Source: Eledone cirrhosa
Taxonomy: Eukaryota
Direction of reading: 5' to 3'
Assembly: GCA_964016885.1 (NCBI GenBank)
Contig: OZ024757.1
Span: 19,716,001 to 19,780,000 of the forward strand
Length of the DNA stretch: 64,000 bases
Shown here piece by piece: positions 28,720-41,963 of the stretch. The position numbers were made by a program, and so were the translations under genes. Each line of letters begins with the position of its first letter. The stretch's first letter is position 1. The notes under the pieces are model-generated. The model worked only from the letters and a program-made list of their open reading frames with translations, searched no databases and was not told the origin of the DNA.

Positions 28720-30020
28720 CATGGTTGGGTGGTTGGGTAGATTAGTGGATGGTTGGGTAGATTAGTGGATGGTTGGGTGGATTGGTGAATGGTTGTGTGT
28801 TTGGGTAGATTAGTGGATGGTTGGGTGGTTTGGTGGATGGTTGGATGATAGATTGGTGAATGGTTGTGTGTTTGGGTAGATTAGTGGATGGTTGGGTGGT
28901 TGGTTGGATGATAGATTGGTGAATGGTTGTGTGTTTGGGTAGATTAGTGGATGGTTGGGTGGTTGGGTAGATTAGTGGATGGTTGGATGGATTGGTGAAT
29001 GGTTGGATGGTTGGGTAGATTAGTGGGTGTTTGGGTAGATTAGTGGATGGTTGGGTGGATTGGTGAATGGTTGGGTGGTTGGGTAGATTAGTGGATGGTT
29101 GGGTGGTTGAGTAGATTAGTGGATGGTTGGGTGGTTGGGTAGATTAGTGGATGGTTGGATGGATTGGTGAATGGTTGGGTGGTTGGGTAGATTAGTGGGT
29201 GTTTGGGTAGATTAGTGGATGGTTGGGTGGATTGGTGAATGGTTGGGTGGTTGGGTAGATTAGTGGATGGTTGGGTGGATTAGTGGGTGGTTGGGTAGAT
29301 TAGTGGATGGTTGGGTGGTTGGGTAGATTAGTGGATGGTTGGGTGGATTAGTGGATGGTTGGGTGGATTGGTGAATGGTTGGGTGGTTGGGTAGATTAGT
29401 GGGTGTTTGGGTAGATTAGTGGATGGTTGGGTGGATTGGTGAATGGTTGGGTGGTTGGGTAGATTAGTGGATGGTTGGGTGGATTAGTGGGTGGTTGGGT
29501 AGATTAGTGGATGGTTGGGTGGTTGGGTAGATTAGTGGATGGTTGGGTGGATTAGTGGATGGTTGGGTGGTTTGGTGAATGGTTGGATGATAGATTGTTG
29601 AATGGTTGTGTGGTTGGGTAGATTAGTGGATGGTTGGGTAGATTAGTGGATGGTTGGGTGGATTGGTGAATGGTTGTGTGTTTGGGTAGATTAGTGGATG
29701 GTTGGGTGGTTGGGTAGATTAGTGGATGGTTGGGTGGTTGGGTAGATTAGTGGATGGTTGGGTGGATTAGTGGATGGTTGGGTGGTTGGGTAGATTAGTG
29801 GATGGTTGGGTGGTTGGGTAGATTAGTGGATGGTTGGGTGGTTGGGTAGATTAGTGGATGGTTGGGTGGTTGGGTAGATTAGTGGATGGTTGGGTGGTTG
29901 GGTGGATTAGTGGATGGTTGGGTGGTTGGGTAGATTAGTGGATGGTTGGGTGGATTAGTGGATGGTTGGGTGGTTGGGTAGATTAGTGGATGGTTGGGTG
30001 TTTGGGTAGATTAGTGGATG
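28720..30020. repeat. G-rich tetranucleotide-derived satellite
   Basis: ggatggttgggtggttgggtagattagt units. Confidence 0.9.
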
Positions 30021-30239
30021 GCAGGATGGTAGTTTGGTGAATGGTTGACTGGCTGAATAGTTGGATGGTTGGTTTGGGGGCTATTGCTGTGATTTGCATA
30101 GTTGTTGTTGTTGTTATTGCTGATGTAATGTTGTCACCATATATGGATTGGTGACATCTGCTGATCATCACACACCCTTACAGACACACACACAGACATA
30201 CACACACACACACACATGCATTCACATGAGCACAGGTGT

Positions 30240-31080
30240 ACACAGACACACACACACACACACTCACCGCATTTACACTCACACGTGTACAAACATATAC
30301 ACACACACTCTCACTCATACACTCTCTCTCACATACACACATACACACGCACGCACACTCTCACACACACACACACACTCTCACATCACCGCATTTACAC
30401 TCACACGTGTACAAACACACACACACACTCTCACTCACACACTCTCTCTCACATACACACACACACACGCACGCACACTCTCACACACACACACACACAC
30501 TCACATCACCGCATTTACACTCACACGTGTACAAACACATACACACACACTCTCTCTCACATACACACACACACACGCACGCACACTCACACACACACAC
30601 TCACATCACCGCATTTACAGTCACACGTGTACAAACACATACACACACACTCTCACTCACACACTCTCTCTCACATACACACACACACGCACGCACACTC
30701 ACACACACACACACACACACTCACAACACCGCATTTACACTCACGTGTACAAACACATACACACACACTCTCACTCACACACTCTCTCTCACATACACAC
30801 ACACACGCACACTCTCACACACACACACTGACACTCACGTCACCGCATTTACACTCACACGTGTACAAACACATACACACACACTCTCACTCACACACTC
30901 TCTCTCACATACACACACACGCACGCACACTCTCACACACACACACACACACTCACATCACCGCATTTACAGTCACACGTGTACAAACACATACACGCAC
31001 ACTCTCACTCACACACTCTCTCTCACATACACACACACACGCACACTCTCACACACACACACTCACACCACACGTGTACA
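30240..31080. repeat. ~120-bp (CA)n-derived minisatellite
   Basis: caccgcatttacactcacacgtgtacaaac repeated. Confidence 0.9.
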
Positions 31081-31282
31081 CACACATACACACACACTCT
31101 CGCTGACACACACACACACATACACACACACTCTCGCTCACACACACACACTCTCTCACACACACACGCACACTCTCACACACACGTACACACACATGTA
31201 CACATACACACCTTCCACGTTATTCATTTTCAAACCTACCAGACATTTCAACACACCACCTCAAGAGGTTTATATCTTCTAT

Positions 31283-31418
31283 ATGTATCTGCTCCACACC
31301 TCCGTTCCTTTGGCTGATTACTCCCCAAGTATGACTGGTACGATTGGATGTTGGCATATACTCGTCGTTAGCGTCAAATATTTAAAGGATTTAATTCTTT
31401 CGTCTTTCTTTCGCACGG
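31283..31418 (+). CDS. Possible alternative first coding exon of the CTDSP gene
   Basis: Unique island between microsatellites. ATG 31283 opens MYLLHTSVPLADYSPSMTGTIGCWHILVVSVKYLKDLILSSFFRT, ending at a perfect G|gtaagt donor in phase 1, compatible with the phase-1 acceptor at 51084. No homology recognised. Confidence 0.2.
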
Positions 31419-31486
31419 GTAAGTTGGAAGGTTACTTGCATTACTGCTGCTGCTGCTACTACTGCTGCTGCTGCTACTGCTGCCAT

Positions 31487-31518
<32 letters not shown>

Positions 31519-31553
31519 TGACCACCACCACCACCACTACTACTACTACCACC

Positions 31554-31597
<44 letters not shown>

Positions 31598-31601
31598 CAC
31601 C

Positions 31602-31639
<38 letters not shown>

Positions 31640-31736
31640 CACCACCACCACCACCACCACCACCACCACTACTACCACCACCACCACCACCACCACCACT
31701 ACCACCACCACCACCACCACCACCACCACCACCACC

Positions 31737-31785
<49 letters not shown>

Positions 31786-32432
31786 TGACCACCACCACCA
31801 TCACCACTACGTTGACCACCACCACATAGAAAGCCTTAGTTGAGTTACATTCCAAAGACAAACTTAGTAATTATTTTTTAATACTGCTACGTCTACTAAT
31901 ACCACTGCCACCGCCAACACTACTATCAACACCACCACCACCACCACCACCATCACCACCACCACCACCATCACCATCACCATCACCACCAACAATACCA
32001 ACACCATAATCATCACCACCGCCACCATCATCATCACCACCACAAACACTACCAGCAACACCATCACCATCACCACCAACAATACCAACACCATAATCAT
32101 CACCACCGCCACCATCATCATCACCACCACAAACACTACCAGCAACACCATCACCATCACCACCAACAATACCAACACCATCATCATCATCACCACCATC
32201 ATCATCATCACCACCACAAACACTACCAGCAACACCATCACCATCACCACCAACAATACCAACACCATAATCATCATCACCACCACAAACACTGCCAGCA
32301 ACACCAACCATCACCATCACCACCATCAATACCAACACCATCACCATCACCACCACAAACACTACCACCATCACCACCACATGTAGATACATACATACAT
32401 AAACACACACACATAGATACCTAGCGTAAATC

Positions 32433-32496
<64 letters not shown>

Positions 32497-32650
32497 AAAT
32501 GGGGAGAAGAATACTGCTGGTTGCACATGGATAACATGTAATAAAATAAGTCCCTCATCAGTGATTTGCCGACGATCATAGATATTTCATATATATATAT
32601 ATATAAAATATACTGCATACTGAGGTGTTGGTATACAACCAACATAAACT

Positions 32651-32697
<47 letters not shown>

Positions 32698-32700
<3 letters not shown>

Positions 32701-32942
32701 AAGCTCCAACCGTTAAGGTTGTCTTTTTTTCCGGTTATGTCAATATTTATTTATAAAACAAATCTGTATTTTATCTGATGAAAGCGCACCATAATTTGCC
32801 TTGGTTGCCCTTGAAATATGTATAATAAAATAAATATGGTTTTATAAGTATAGTTTCCATTTATTAATATATTGTATATTTACCCCACTAACTTGTTGAG
32901 TGCTTTATATCAGTTATAAAATTTTTTAAATTAAATATAATA

Positions 32943-32945
<3 letters not shown>
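32698..32945 (+). mobile_element. Diverged family E-like relic, hammerhead at 32769-32830
   Basis: TTTTAT-CTGATGA-AAG..CTT-GAAATATGTAT-A-ATAAAA, followed by the family E downstream sequence. Confidence 0.65.
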
Positions 32946-32978
<33 letters not shown>

Positions 32979-33751
32979 CACATATATATATATACATACA
33001 TACACACATATGCACATATATATATATACACAAATATACATATACATATGCACATATATGTACACAAATATACATATACATACACATACATATGCACATA
33101 TATATATATATATACACAAATATACATATACATACACATACATATGCACATATATATATACACAAATATACATATACATACATATACATATACAAATATA
33201 TATATATATACATATACATACATATACATATACATATATACACAAATATACATATACATACATATACATATACACATATATATATATACACAAATATACA
33301 TATACATACACATACATATGCACATATATATATACACAAATATACATATACATACATATACACATATATATACCCAAATATACATATACATTCACATACA
33401 TATACATATATATATATACACAAATATACATATCCATACATATACATATACACAAATATACATATGCACATATACATATACACAAATATACATATACATA
33501 TACATATGCACATATACATATACACAAATATACATATACATACATATACATACATATACACATATATATACACAAATATACATATGCACATATATATATA
33601 CACAAATATACAAGTACATACATATACACATATATATACCCAAATATACATATACATTCACATACATATACATATATATATACACAAATATACATATACA
33701 TACATACACATATACATACATATACACATATATATATATACATATATATAT

Positions 33752-34191
33752 GCAAAGTTTTATTTAAATTGTTGGGTTAACAACGAGTAAATATTTATAA
33801 CTGATATAAAAGCACTCAACAAGTATTTGGAGTATATTTACGATATTAAATAAATGGAAACTATATTTATAAAACCATATTTATTTCATTATATATATTT
33901 CAGGGATATCATATTAAAAATATGTTATGCCTTCTTCAGACAAAATACAATATAAACAGTCTTATAAATAGATAGATTCGACATACCTTTCAACTTCGAC
34001 TTCTATTTGAAAAGTTGATTTGGTCAGAAGTCGAAGTTGAAAGGTATGTCGAATCTATCTATTTATAAGACTGTTTATATTGTATTTTGTCTGAAGAAGG
34101 CATAACATATTTTTAATATGATATCCCTGAAATATATATAATGAAATAAATATGGTTTTATAAATATAGTTTCCATTTATTTAATATCGTA
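33752..34191 (-). mobile_element. Family E palindrome 33839-34191 plus tail 33752-33838; hammerheads at 34085-34146 (+) and 33884-33945 (-)
   Basis: Reverse-complement match to 18095-18530, with the CTGAAGA core variant in both arms and a different loop. Confidence 0.8.
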
Positions 34192-34536
34192 TATACATAT
34201 ATATATATTTATATGTGATTGCAATAGTTATGCATTCATAATTTTGCAAAACTTTCTCTCTCTCTCACACATATACACGCACACAGACACACAGACTCAT
34301 ACACAAATACACCAACCCCATTCACACACACTGGTACTCATACACACAGGCCCACAAACCCAAACACTCCTTCCCCTCACCACCATACACTCCTTCCTCT
34401 CACCACCACACACTCCTTCCTCTCACCACCACACACTCCTTCCTCTCACCACCACACACTCCTTCCCCCAACCACCACACACTCCTTCCCCCACCACCAC
34501 ACAGGTGGACACAGCAGCTGTTACATTATGGATATA

Positions 34537-35368
34537 ATCATCATCATCATCATCATCAGGTTTAGTGTCTGTGTTCCACGCTTGCATGGGTTTGGACGGG
34601 GGTTTTCCCACTTGAGGCAAGAGTGGTTGTCTTGCTCGCATAGGACTGTCTGGCGGGTTTTCTACAGTTGGATGCCCTTCCTAACACCAACCACATTTAC
34701 AGTGTGGGGTTGGGAGGTTTTTACCGTGTTGCCTAAACGGCCACATTACAGCGTGGACTGTCTGGCGGGTTTTCTACAGCTGGATGCCCTTCCTAACACC
34801 AACCTCATTTACAGTGTGGGGCTGGGAGGTTTTTACCGTGTTGCCTACACGGCCACATTTACAGCGTGGACTGTGTGTTTTTTGTCGTGACACCTACACG
34901 ATCTCATTTGTTTCGGCCTGGATGTTGTGGGACCAACATAACTTTACATTGAAAGGGGCGGTGTGGATGGGGCGGAGGTGGTGAGACGGGGGTGTGTTTT
35001 GATAGAGATGCCTACTGACTGTAGTAGGTTTTTACTTTGTATTTAGGTAAGGCGGGTCTTCTCTATTACTGAGTACCGCCAAAGGTCTCGGTCCAGTGAC
35101 ATTGTCTTGGAGAGGTGTAAGCGTGTGAGGTCGGAATTTATCAGATCGTCCCATGTTTTTCTGGGTCTGCCTACTCCGTGGCTACCGTCTATCTTTATTG
35201 CCCTGCACTTTGTTATACAGCTGTCGTCTTTCATGCGCATCACGTGACCGTACCAACGTAGCCTTCTCTCGAGTAAACAACATCTGATCCCTCTTATTTC
35301 TAATTTTTTCCTTAGTTCGTTTATGCTTTGCCGTTCACGTATATTTCACGTATATTACTATTGCATCT
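34537..35368 (-). mobile_element. RTE LINE copy, near-identical to 1790-2602
   Basis: Same translation and 3'UTR on the minus strand. Confidence 0.85.
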
Positions 35369-35487
35369 CAATACATATACATACATATATTGAGATTATT
35401 CAATTATTTAAATTCTTGTGATTATTTAAATTGCTTTAGTCATTGAGTAAAACTGGTTTAGGTGGACATCATACACAGACATATACC

Positions 35488-35519
<32 letters not shown>

Positions 35520-35834
35520 TATATTTATATATATACATATATATATATATATGATATTCCTACACTTATTTAACTCGAAACATATTTGGATCTCAAAGTC
35601 TAAACTTATCTACGGAACAGGTTTGATTTTGAAATTTAAATGTGTCTAAACATCACGGCCTCTTGGCAATACAGTTCGTCTCCGTTGATTTATTATTTTA
35701 AATCGATATGGACAAACTGTAGTATAATAATTAGTATACTTCAATCTGGCTAAATTTTTCTTTTGCAATATATATACAGATGTGTTGGTATCTGTGTTTC
35801 ATCACATACATATTAATTTATATATATATATATA

Positions 35835-35967
35835 TATATTAAGACAGGGGGGAAGAAAAAATGGCTTCACTTGTGAAGAAAATAAATTTGTTGAAAGCAC
35901 AAGTGAAGCCATTTTTTCTTCCCCCCTGTCTTAATATACCTAACTGTACCAAGGATTACACACATTT

Positions 35968-35972
<5 letters not shown>
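35835..35972 (+). repeat. Palindrome (41-bp arms 35835-35875 / 35898-35938) plus short tail in (TA)n
   Basis: tatattaagacaggggggaagaaaaaatggcttcacttgtg followed by its exact reverse complement. Confidence 0.65.
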
Positions 35973-35999
<27 letters not shown>

Positions 36000-36551
36000 C
36001 GTTATAGGTAATCCAGTTAGGGGTTGTGAATACTTCTTATTATGGATAGTTTTAGCGTAAGGCGTTGCTTGACCCAACAAGAGGTTTACGTAGATGGCGA
36101 GTTTATGATTTCACTTGTATTCCTATGTAAGTTTATCTTGGAGTAATATAATTGAAAAAGTGGAGAATAACATGGTCAACAGTACAAAAAAGGGGATTTA
36201 TTTACAGTCTAACAATTGTTTCACTGATAAAGATGTCTAAAAATTGCTGAAGCAGTGCCACTCAATTTTAAATACGATGTTAGCTCGATCAGATCTTCGC
36301 AAAATGTCTAAAAATTGCTGAACACTAGAAGCAGTGCCACTCAATTTTAAATACGATGTTAGCTCGATCAGATCTTCCGAAACAGTTTCCGAAGATCTGA
36401 TCGAGTTAACATCGTATTTAAAATTAAGTGGCACTGCTTCTAGTGTTCAGCAATTTTTAGACATCTTTATCAGTGAAACAATTGTTAGACTGGTAATAAA
36501 TCCCCTTTTTTGTACTGTTGACCATGTTATTCTCCACTTTTTCAATTATAT
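36000..36551 (-). mobile_element. Large palindrome 36146-36551 (centre 36384) with an internal duplication in the left arm, plus tail 36000-36145
   Basis: Arms are reverse-complementary and contain GAAACAATTGTT..AATAAA (3' half of a hammerhead-like motif). (TA)n flanks. Confidence 0.65.
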
Positions 36552-36653
36552 ATATATATGAGAGAAATGAAGCAAGCATTCTCCATTGGATGTGCAATGT
36601 CAATGTACGTGAGCGACTGAGCATGGATGTGTTGAGAGAGAAACTGTGTTTAA

Positions 36654-37082
36654 CCCTTTAATGTTCAAACCAGCCAAAACCGGCCAGGATTCGCTACCTT
36701 TTTCTGTTGAAACTGGCTGTAACTGGTCACTCAAACTGATGTTAAGTTATTGTTCTCAAAATAAATACTTTCCAAATCTCATAGATTCGATATTATGTGA
36801 GGTAATTATGCGAGGTAAAGCCTTTACTGTGAAAATATAATTGTTTCTACGTTAGGCACAAGGCCAGCAATAACCCAGTGTATTACTGGTACTTTATTTT
36901 ATCGACCCCGTAAGGATGAAAGGCAAAGTTAACCTCGGCGGGATTTGAACTCAGAATGGCAAGGGCCGTAACTCTATGTGTCAAAGCATGGCGTCCGACC
37001 CTCTACCGATACTGCCAATACACCGCCTTTATTTACTGTGAAAATATAATAGTATATATAGAGTAATGTAAATACTAAAGGG
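36654..37082. mobile_element. piggyBac-type MITE
   Basis: TTAA|CCCTTTA...TAAAGGG|TTAA termini with TTAA TSD. Confidence 0.75.
36842..37031 (-). mobile_element. tRNA-derived SINE with 19-bp TSD; related copies at 12270-12421(-), 19078-19195(+), 22920-22960(+), 40118-40185(-) and 46395-46592(-)
   Basis: B-box GAGTTCAAATCC and core ctttgcctttcatccttacggggtcgataaa. TSD tttactgtgaaaatataat at 36823-36841 and 37032-37050. Confidence 0.8.
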
Positions 37083-37366
37083 TTAAGAGGGATAAGTTGT
37101 ACTGCGCGGAAGAGAAAACTACGATGGCATGGACATGTGATGCGCATGGAGGATGACCGGTGGGTAAAGAAGTGCCAAGAAATCCCAGTAGAGGAAGACC
37201 ACGAAAAACATGGGTGGAGGTGGTGAGAGCTGACCTCAGATCGCTGAAGCTCACCAAGAAGATGACGAAGGACTGTGACAAGTGGAGAGATGCCGTGCTG
37301 AATAGGACCTGTCCCACCCTTGCAAGCAGGGAAAAGCGGACATAAAATGATGATGATGTGTGTGCA

Positions 37367-37470
37367 TCTATATATTACTAAAACTCTGTGATTGTTTGTT
37401 TGCTTGTCTGTAATGTAATACAGCCAAAAGGGGTGCTTCCATTGATATGATAGTCTTGTAACTCCTGTTG
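37367..37470 (+). mobile_element. Possible Helitron 5' fragment
   Basis: A|TCtatatattactaaaa followed by tgtttgtttgcttgtc. No 3' end seen. Confidence 0.35.
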
Positions 37471-37477
37471 GTGTGTC

Positions 37478-37508
<31 letters not shown>

Positions 37509-37760
37509 GTTAGCTCAAAAGTGACACAGAGGAGACTGAGGTTAGCTGGACATGCTCACCGACATCCAGAGTTGACACTGCACTCAGTGCTCCTGTGGGA
37601 GCCCCTGCATGGACACACTGGAAGGGGAAGACCAACTTTAACGTATGTCGATGCCCTAAGGAGAGACACTGGTCTGTTGGAGACGCAGGACATGGCAGCG
37701 ATAATGAGGGACAGAGACCGCTGGAGAGAACTCGTCCATGGATTTCGAGAATTTTACCCT

Positions 37761-37762
<2 letters not shown>
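37509..37762 (+). mobile_element. RTE/RTE-X-like LINE 3' fragment
   Basis: [37 protein letters not shown]. Confidence 0.75.
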
Positions 37763-37827
<65 letters not shown>

Positions 37828-38241
37828 CACATATACATATATATGTACATATATATATATGTACATATACATATATATATATCATCATCATCTTACGTCC
37901 GTTCTTCCATGCTAGCATGGGTTAGACGGGTTGTCCTGTCGTGGGCAGTGTCCGCTCGGCTGACCTTGTCTTGCTCATACGGGAACTGATTCTGGCTTGA
38001 TTTCTACAGCTGGATGCCCTTCCTAACACCAACCTCATTTACAGTGAGTGCTGGGTGCTTTTTTACCGTGGCGCCTACACGTCCTCTTTAGATTGTGGGC
38101 TGTGTGCTTTTTTGCCGTGGCACCTCCATGTGGGAGAGTGTGGGGGCATATTGTCTATATGCTTCAGCTTCGGCTTGTATTCGTGGAGGCTGGGGTCTTC
38201 TGAATTACTGCATGATGCCAGAGGTTACGGTCTTGTGCCAT

Positions 38242-38317
<76 letters not shown>

Positions 38318-38414
38318 TTACCTTGAGCCAACCCTCTGTAAAACACATGTACAGGACGATTCAAAATAAATATTTTTTGTGTGTAAACAAAACTTCCTCG
38401 TTTTTTTTCTATAT

Positions 38415-38445
<31 letters not shown>

Positions 38446-38492
38446 GGGTAGATATATATATATATATATCTTTATATAGATATATATATATC

Positions 38493-38649
<157 letters not shown>

Positions 38650-39274
38650 TACAATCCTTGTCTATATTCTCAGTCCCATCCTATCAGTGATTTAATGCAG
38701 TTTGCTATCCAAATTGACTTTATTGATCGAAATACTGGTGTCTATTCTCCCCCCCCCCCCTCTTCTTATCCCCCCCCCCCCCTCTTCTTATCTCTCCCCC
38801 CCCTCTTTTTCTCTCTCACACTTCCTCTCATTCCCTCTCCCATACCCTCTCATTCCCTCTCCCATACCCTCTCTAATACTCCCTCTCTCACACTCCCTCT
38901 CTCACACTCCCTCTCACCCCCCTCTCACACACACACACACTCCCTCTCCCTCTCACACACTCCCTCTCACCCCTCTCTCTCTCTCCCACCCCTCTCTCTC
39001 TCTCACCCCCTCTCTCTCTCTCATACCCCTCTCTCTCTCTCACCCCCCTCTCTCTCTCTCACACCCTCTCTCTCTCACACCCCCCTCCCTCTCTCTCACC
39101 CCCCCTCTCTCACACCCTCTCTCTCTCTCACACCCCTCCCCCTCTCTCTCTTTCACCCCTCCCCCTCTCTCTTTCACCCCCTCTCTCTCTCACAGACTCT
39201 CCCTCTCCTCCCTCCCCGCCCCTTCCTACCTCTCCGCCCCTCCTACCTCTCTGCCCCCCCCCCTCCTCCCCCTG

Positions 39275-39460
39275 AATGAGTTTTACAGTAGATTGGAAGC
39301 ACTCTACCTTGATTAAATCTTAACCATTTAACATCTCAGGGTATGTCATGTATCATTATATTTTGCCTGATGAGGACGTACTGTTGTACATCCGAAATAT
39401 GTATAATAAAATGTAATTGATCAAAAGAACATCTATTTTATTAATACTTATATTTTAATA
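39275..39460 (+). mobile_element. Family F relic, hammerhead at 39361-39411, inverted tail at 39275-39307
   Basis: CTGATGA-GGAcGTACtgttGTACaTCC-GAAATATGTAT-A-ATAAAA. Reverse-complement match to 9845-9995. Confidence 0.7.
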
Positions 39461-40689
39461 TATATATATATATATACTGTGGTTTTGTAGAATTCACGAC
39501 AAAAAACCTCCAGCCCACACTGTAAAGTGGTCATGTTGGTGACATGCAAAAGGCACCCAGCCCACACTGTCAAGTGGTCATGTTGGTGACATGACAAAAG
39601 GCACCCAGCCCACACTGTAAAGTGGTCATGTTGGTGACATGACAAAAGGCACCCAGCCCACACTGTAAAGTGGTCATGTTGGTGACATGACAAAAGGCAC
39701 CCAGCCCACACTGTAAAGTGGTCATGTTGGTGACATGACAAAAGGCACCCAGCACTCACTGTAAATGTGGTTGGTGTTAGGAAGGGCATCCAGCTGCAGA
39801 AATTTAGCCAGAAAAACAGTTGTATATGAGCAGGACACGGTCACCTGACCCAACTTGCCTCAAACGGGACAACCCGTCTAGCCCATGCTAGCATGGAAAA
39901 TGGACGTTAAATGATGATGTTGAACAACGCAAAGCTAATATAAGAATCACCATTTTATGTCAATGAGGAGGGACTTTAATTTTTTTATTTTTTGCCCTTT
40001 CGTTACTATATTTCGAATGGAAGACACTGCTTATAATTTTCAAATAATTTTGAAAATTCTTACCTCAAATGGGACAACCTGTCTAACCCATGCTAGCGTG
40101 GAAAGTTGGCGTTACACAATTGTTTCTACTTTTGGCACAAGGCCAGCAATTATCCCAGTGTATTACTGGTACTTTATTTTATCGGGATGGATTAGCTAGA
40201 GAGAGTGAGTGTGTGAGGCCTCTGTAGCATTGTTATAAATATATGTTAGGGTATGTATATCTGAATGTGTGTGTGTATATATGTGTATATATATATTCCT
40301 ATATGTATGTGAAGGCGTATGGCTGAGTGGTTAGAGAATTGGATTCGCAATCGTAAGGTTGTGAGTTCGATTCCTGGACCAGGCGATGCGTTATGTCCTT
40401 GAGCAAGACACTTTATTTCACGTTGCTCCTTCTACCTGGAGTTGCGACGGATAGATAGTATTAGCAATTGGAAAGACCAACGGAAACATTGTTTCCTCGG
40501 TCCGATTTGACGAAAGTCGATCGTTCCTCATGTATGTATATGTGCATTTCTATATGTATGTATAAGTGAGTGTGTGTGTATATACGTGGATGTGTGTGTG
40601 TGTTCGATATGTTTGTATATCTTAGTATGTGTATGTATATTCTTATATGTATGTATGTATATGTATGTGTGTGTATATATATATATACA

Positions 40690-41306
40690 TGGTGGCTGCC
40701 AACTCGTTTTCGAGTACGGCCACTACTTTATATCCATGTAGGAGAACCCCTACCGATACGCTGAACGGGTGTGACTTTTTAGTCCAGCCAGCGACTTGAA
40801 AACTCTGGTACAAACACTACACTTGTGACAAATATTGACACATAGTGCTGGGCCCATGGTACCATGTGACGACAAGTGCAGAGAGATCTCCAGATATAAA
40901 GCAATGCCTGTGCCGTGAAGCTTTTATAGTGAGCAAAGGCACTGCACAGAGCCAGTCCCACTCTCTTAACCAAGATGATATTTACCAAAAAGAAGAACAA
41001 GTCAACATCATTGGATACCATCAGGGTTGCAGGTGTTATATCAGAGTTTTCCTTCTCCTAGAATTCTGCCTTGACAAAGGCTAAGGGGTCATCTCTCCCG
41101 GTGATTTTGGATGGCTATTGACTCTTAAGAGTCCCTTTGCTTTTTGACAGGTTTTGTTTCTAGTCCTGCAGGATGTCGAAAGCCACCCTCCTCACTAAGA
41201 CACCTTGGTGGGGTTGCCAGTTTAGTCGCCAACGACCTGACCATGAGACAGGTTGTACTGGGATACATGTTACCAGTAGCACCAACTGGTGAACTGACAC
41301 AGGTCA
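40690..41306 (-). mobile_element. Non-coding RTE-derived element (5'UTR-like part plus 3' tail); extra 3' tail piece at 41311-41360
   Basis: Minus-strand ttagcctt..aaggca..tctaggagaaggaaaactctga resembles a motif recalled from RTE 5'UTRs. The tail motif ggccgtactcgaaaacgag is shared by both pieces. Confidence 0.5.
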
Positions 41307-41365
41307 TATACATACATACATGATGGCTGCCCCCTCGTTATCGAGTATGGCCATTGCACGAGAAG

Positions 41366-41426
<61 letters not shown>

Positions 41427-41651
41427 AAAAAACAAAAACATACATACATACATACATATATACACATATATATATATATATACATGTATGTGTCTGTGTA
41501 TATATACATATATATATAAATATACACACACACACACACACATATATATATACATGTATGTGTCTGTGTGTGTGTATATATATATATACATATATATATG
41601 TATATCTATCTAAATATCTATCTATGTATGTATCTCTCTCTCTATATATAT

Positions 41652-41697
<46 letters not shown>

Positions 41698-41734
41698 CTC
41701 TCTATATATATATATCTCTCTCTCTCTCTCTCTC

Positions 41735-41773
<39 letters not shown>

Positions 41774-41928
41774 GTTTGTGTAAGTGAATGTGTGTGTGTA
41801 TGTATGTGTGTGTATGTGTGTGTGTGTGTGTATGTATGTATGTGTCTATATGTGTATGTGTGTGTATATATATGTGTGTGTGTATATATGTGTGTGTGTG
41901 TATATGTGTGTGTGTGTATATATGTGTG

Positions 41929-41963
<35 letters not shown>

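Larger units (their letters stand above)
36585..37358 (+). mobile_element. RTE LINE fragment interrupted by a MITE
   Basis: WMCNVNVRERLSMDVLREKL before 36650; RKLRWHGHVMRM..GRPRKTW after 37086; (GAT)n tail. Confidence 0.75.

Noticed and set aside
32540-32575. CTGATGA cores at 32555(-), 26668, 50810, 54622 and 632(-)
   Set aside because: No correctly placed stem II-GAAA-stem I closure; two lie within MITE or LINE sequence.
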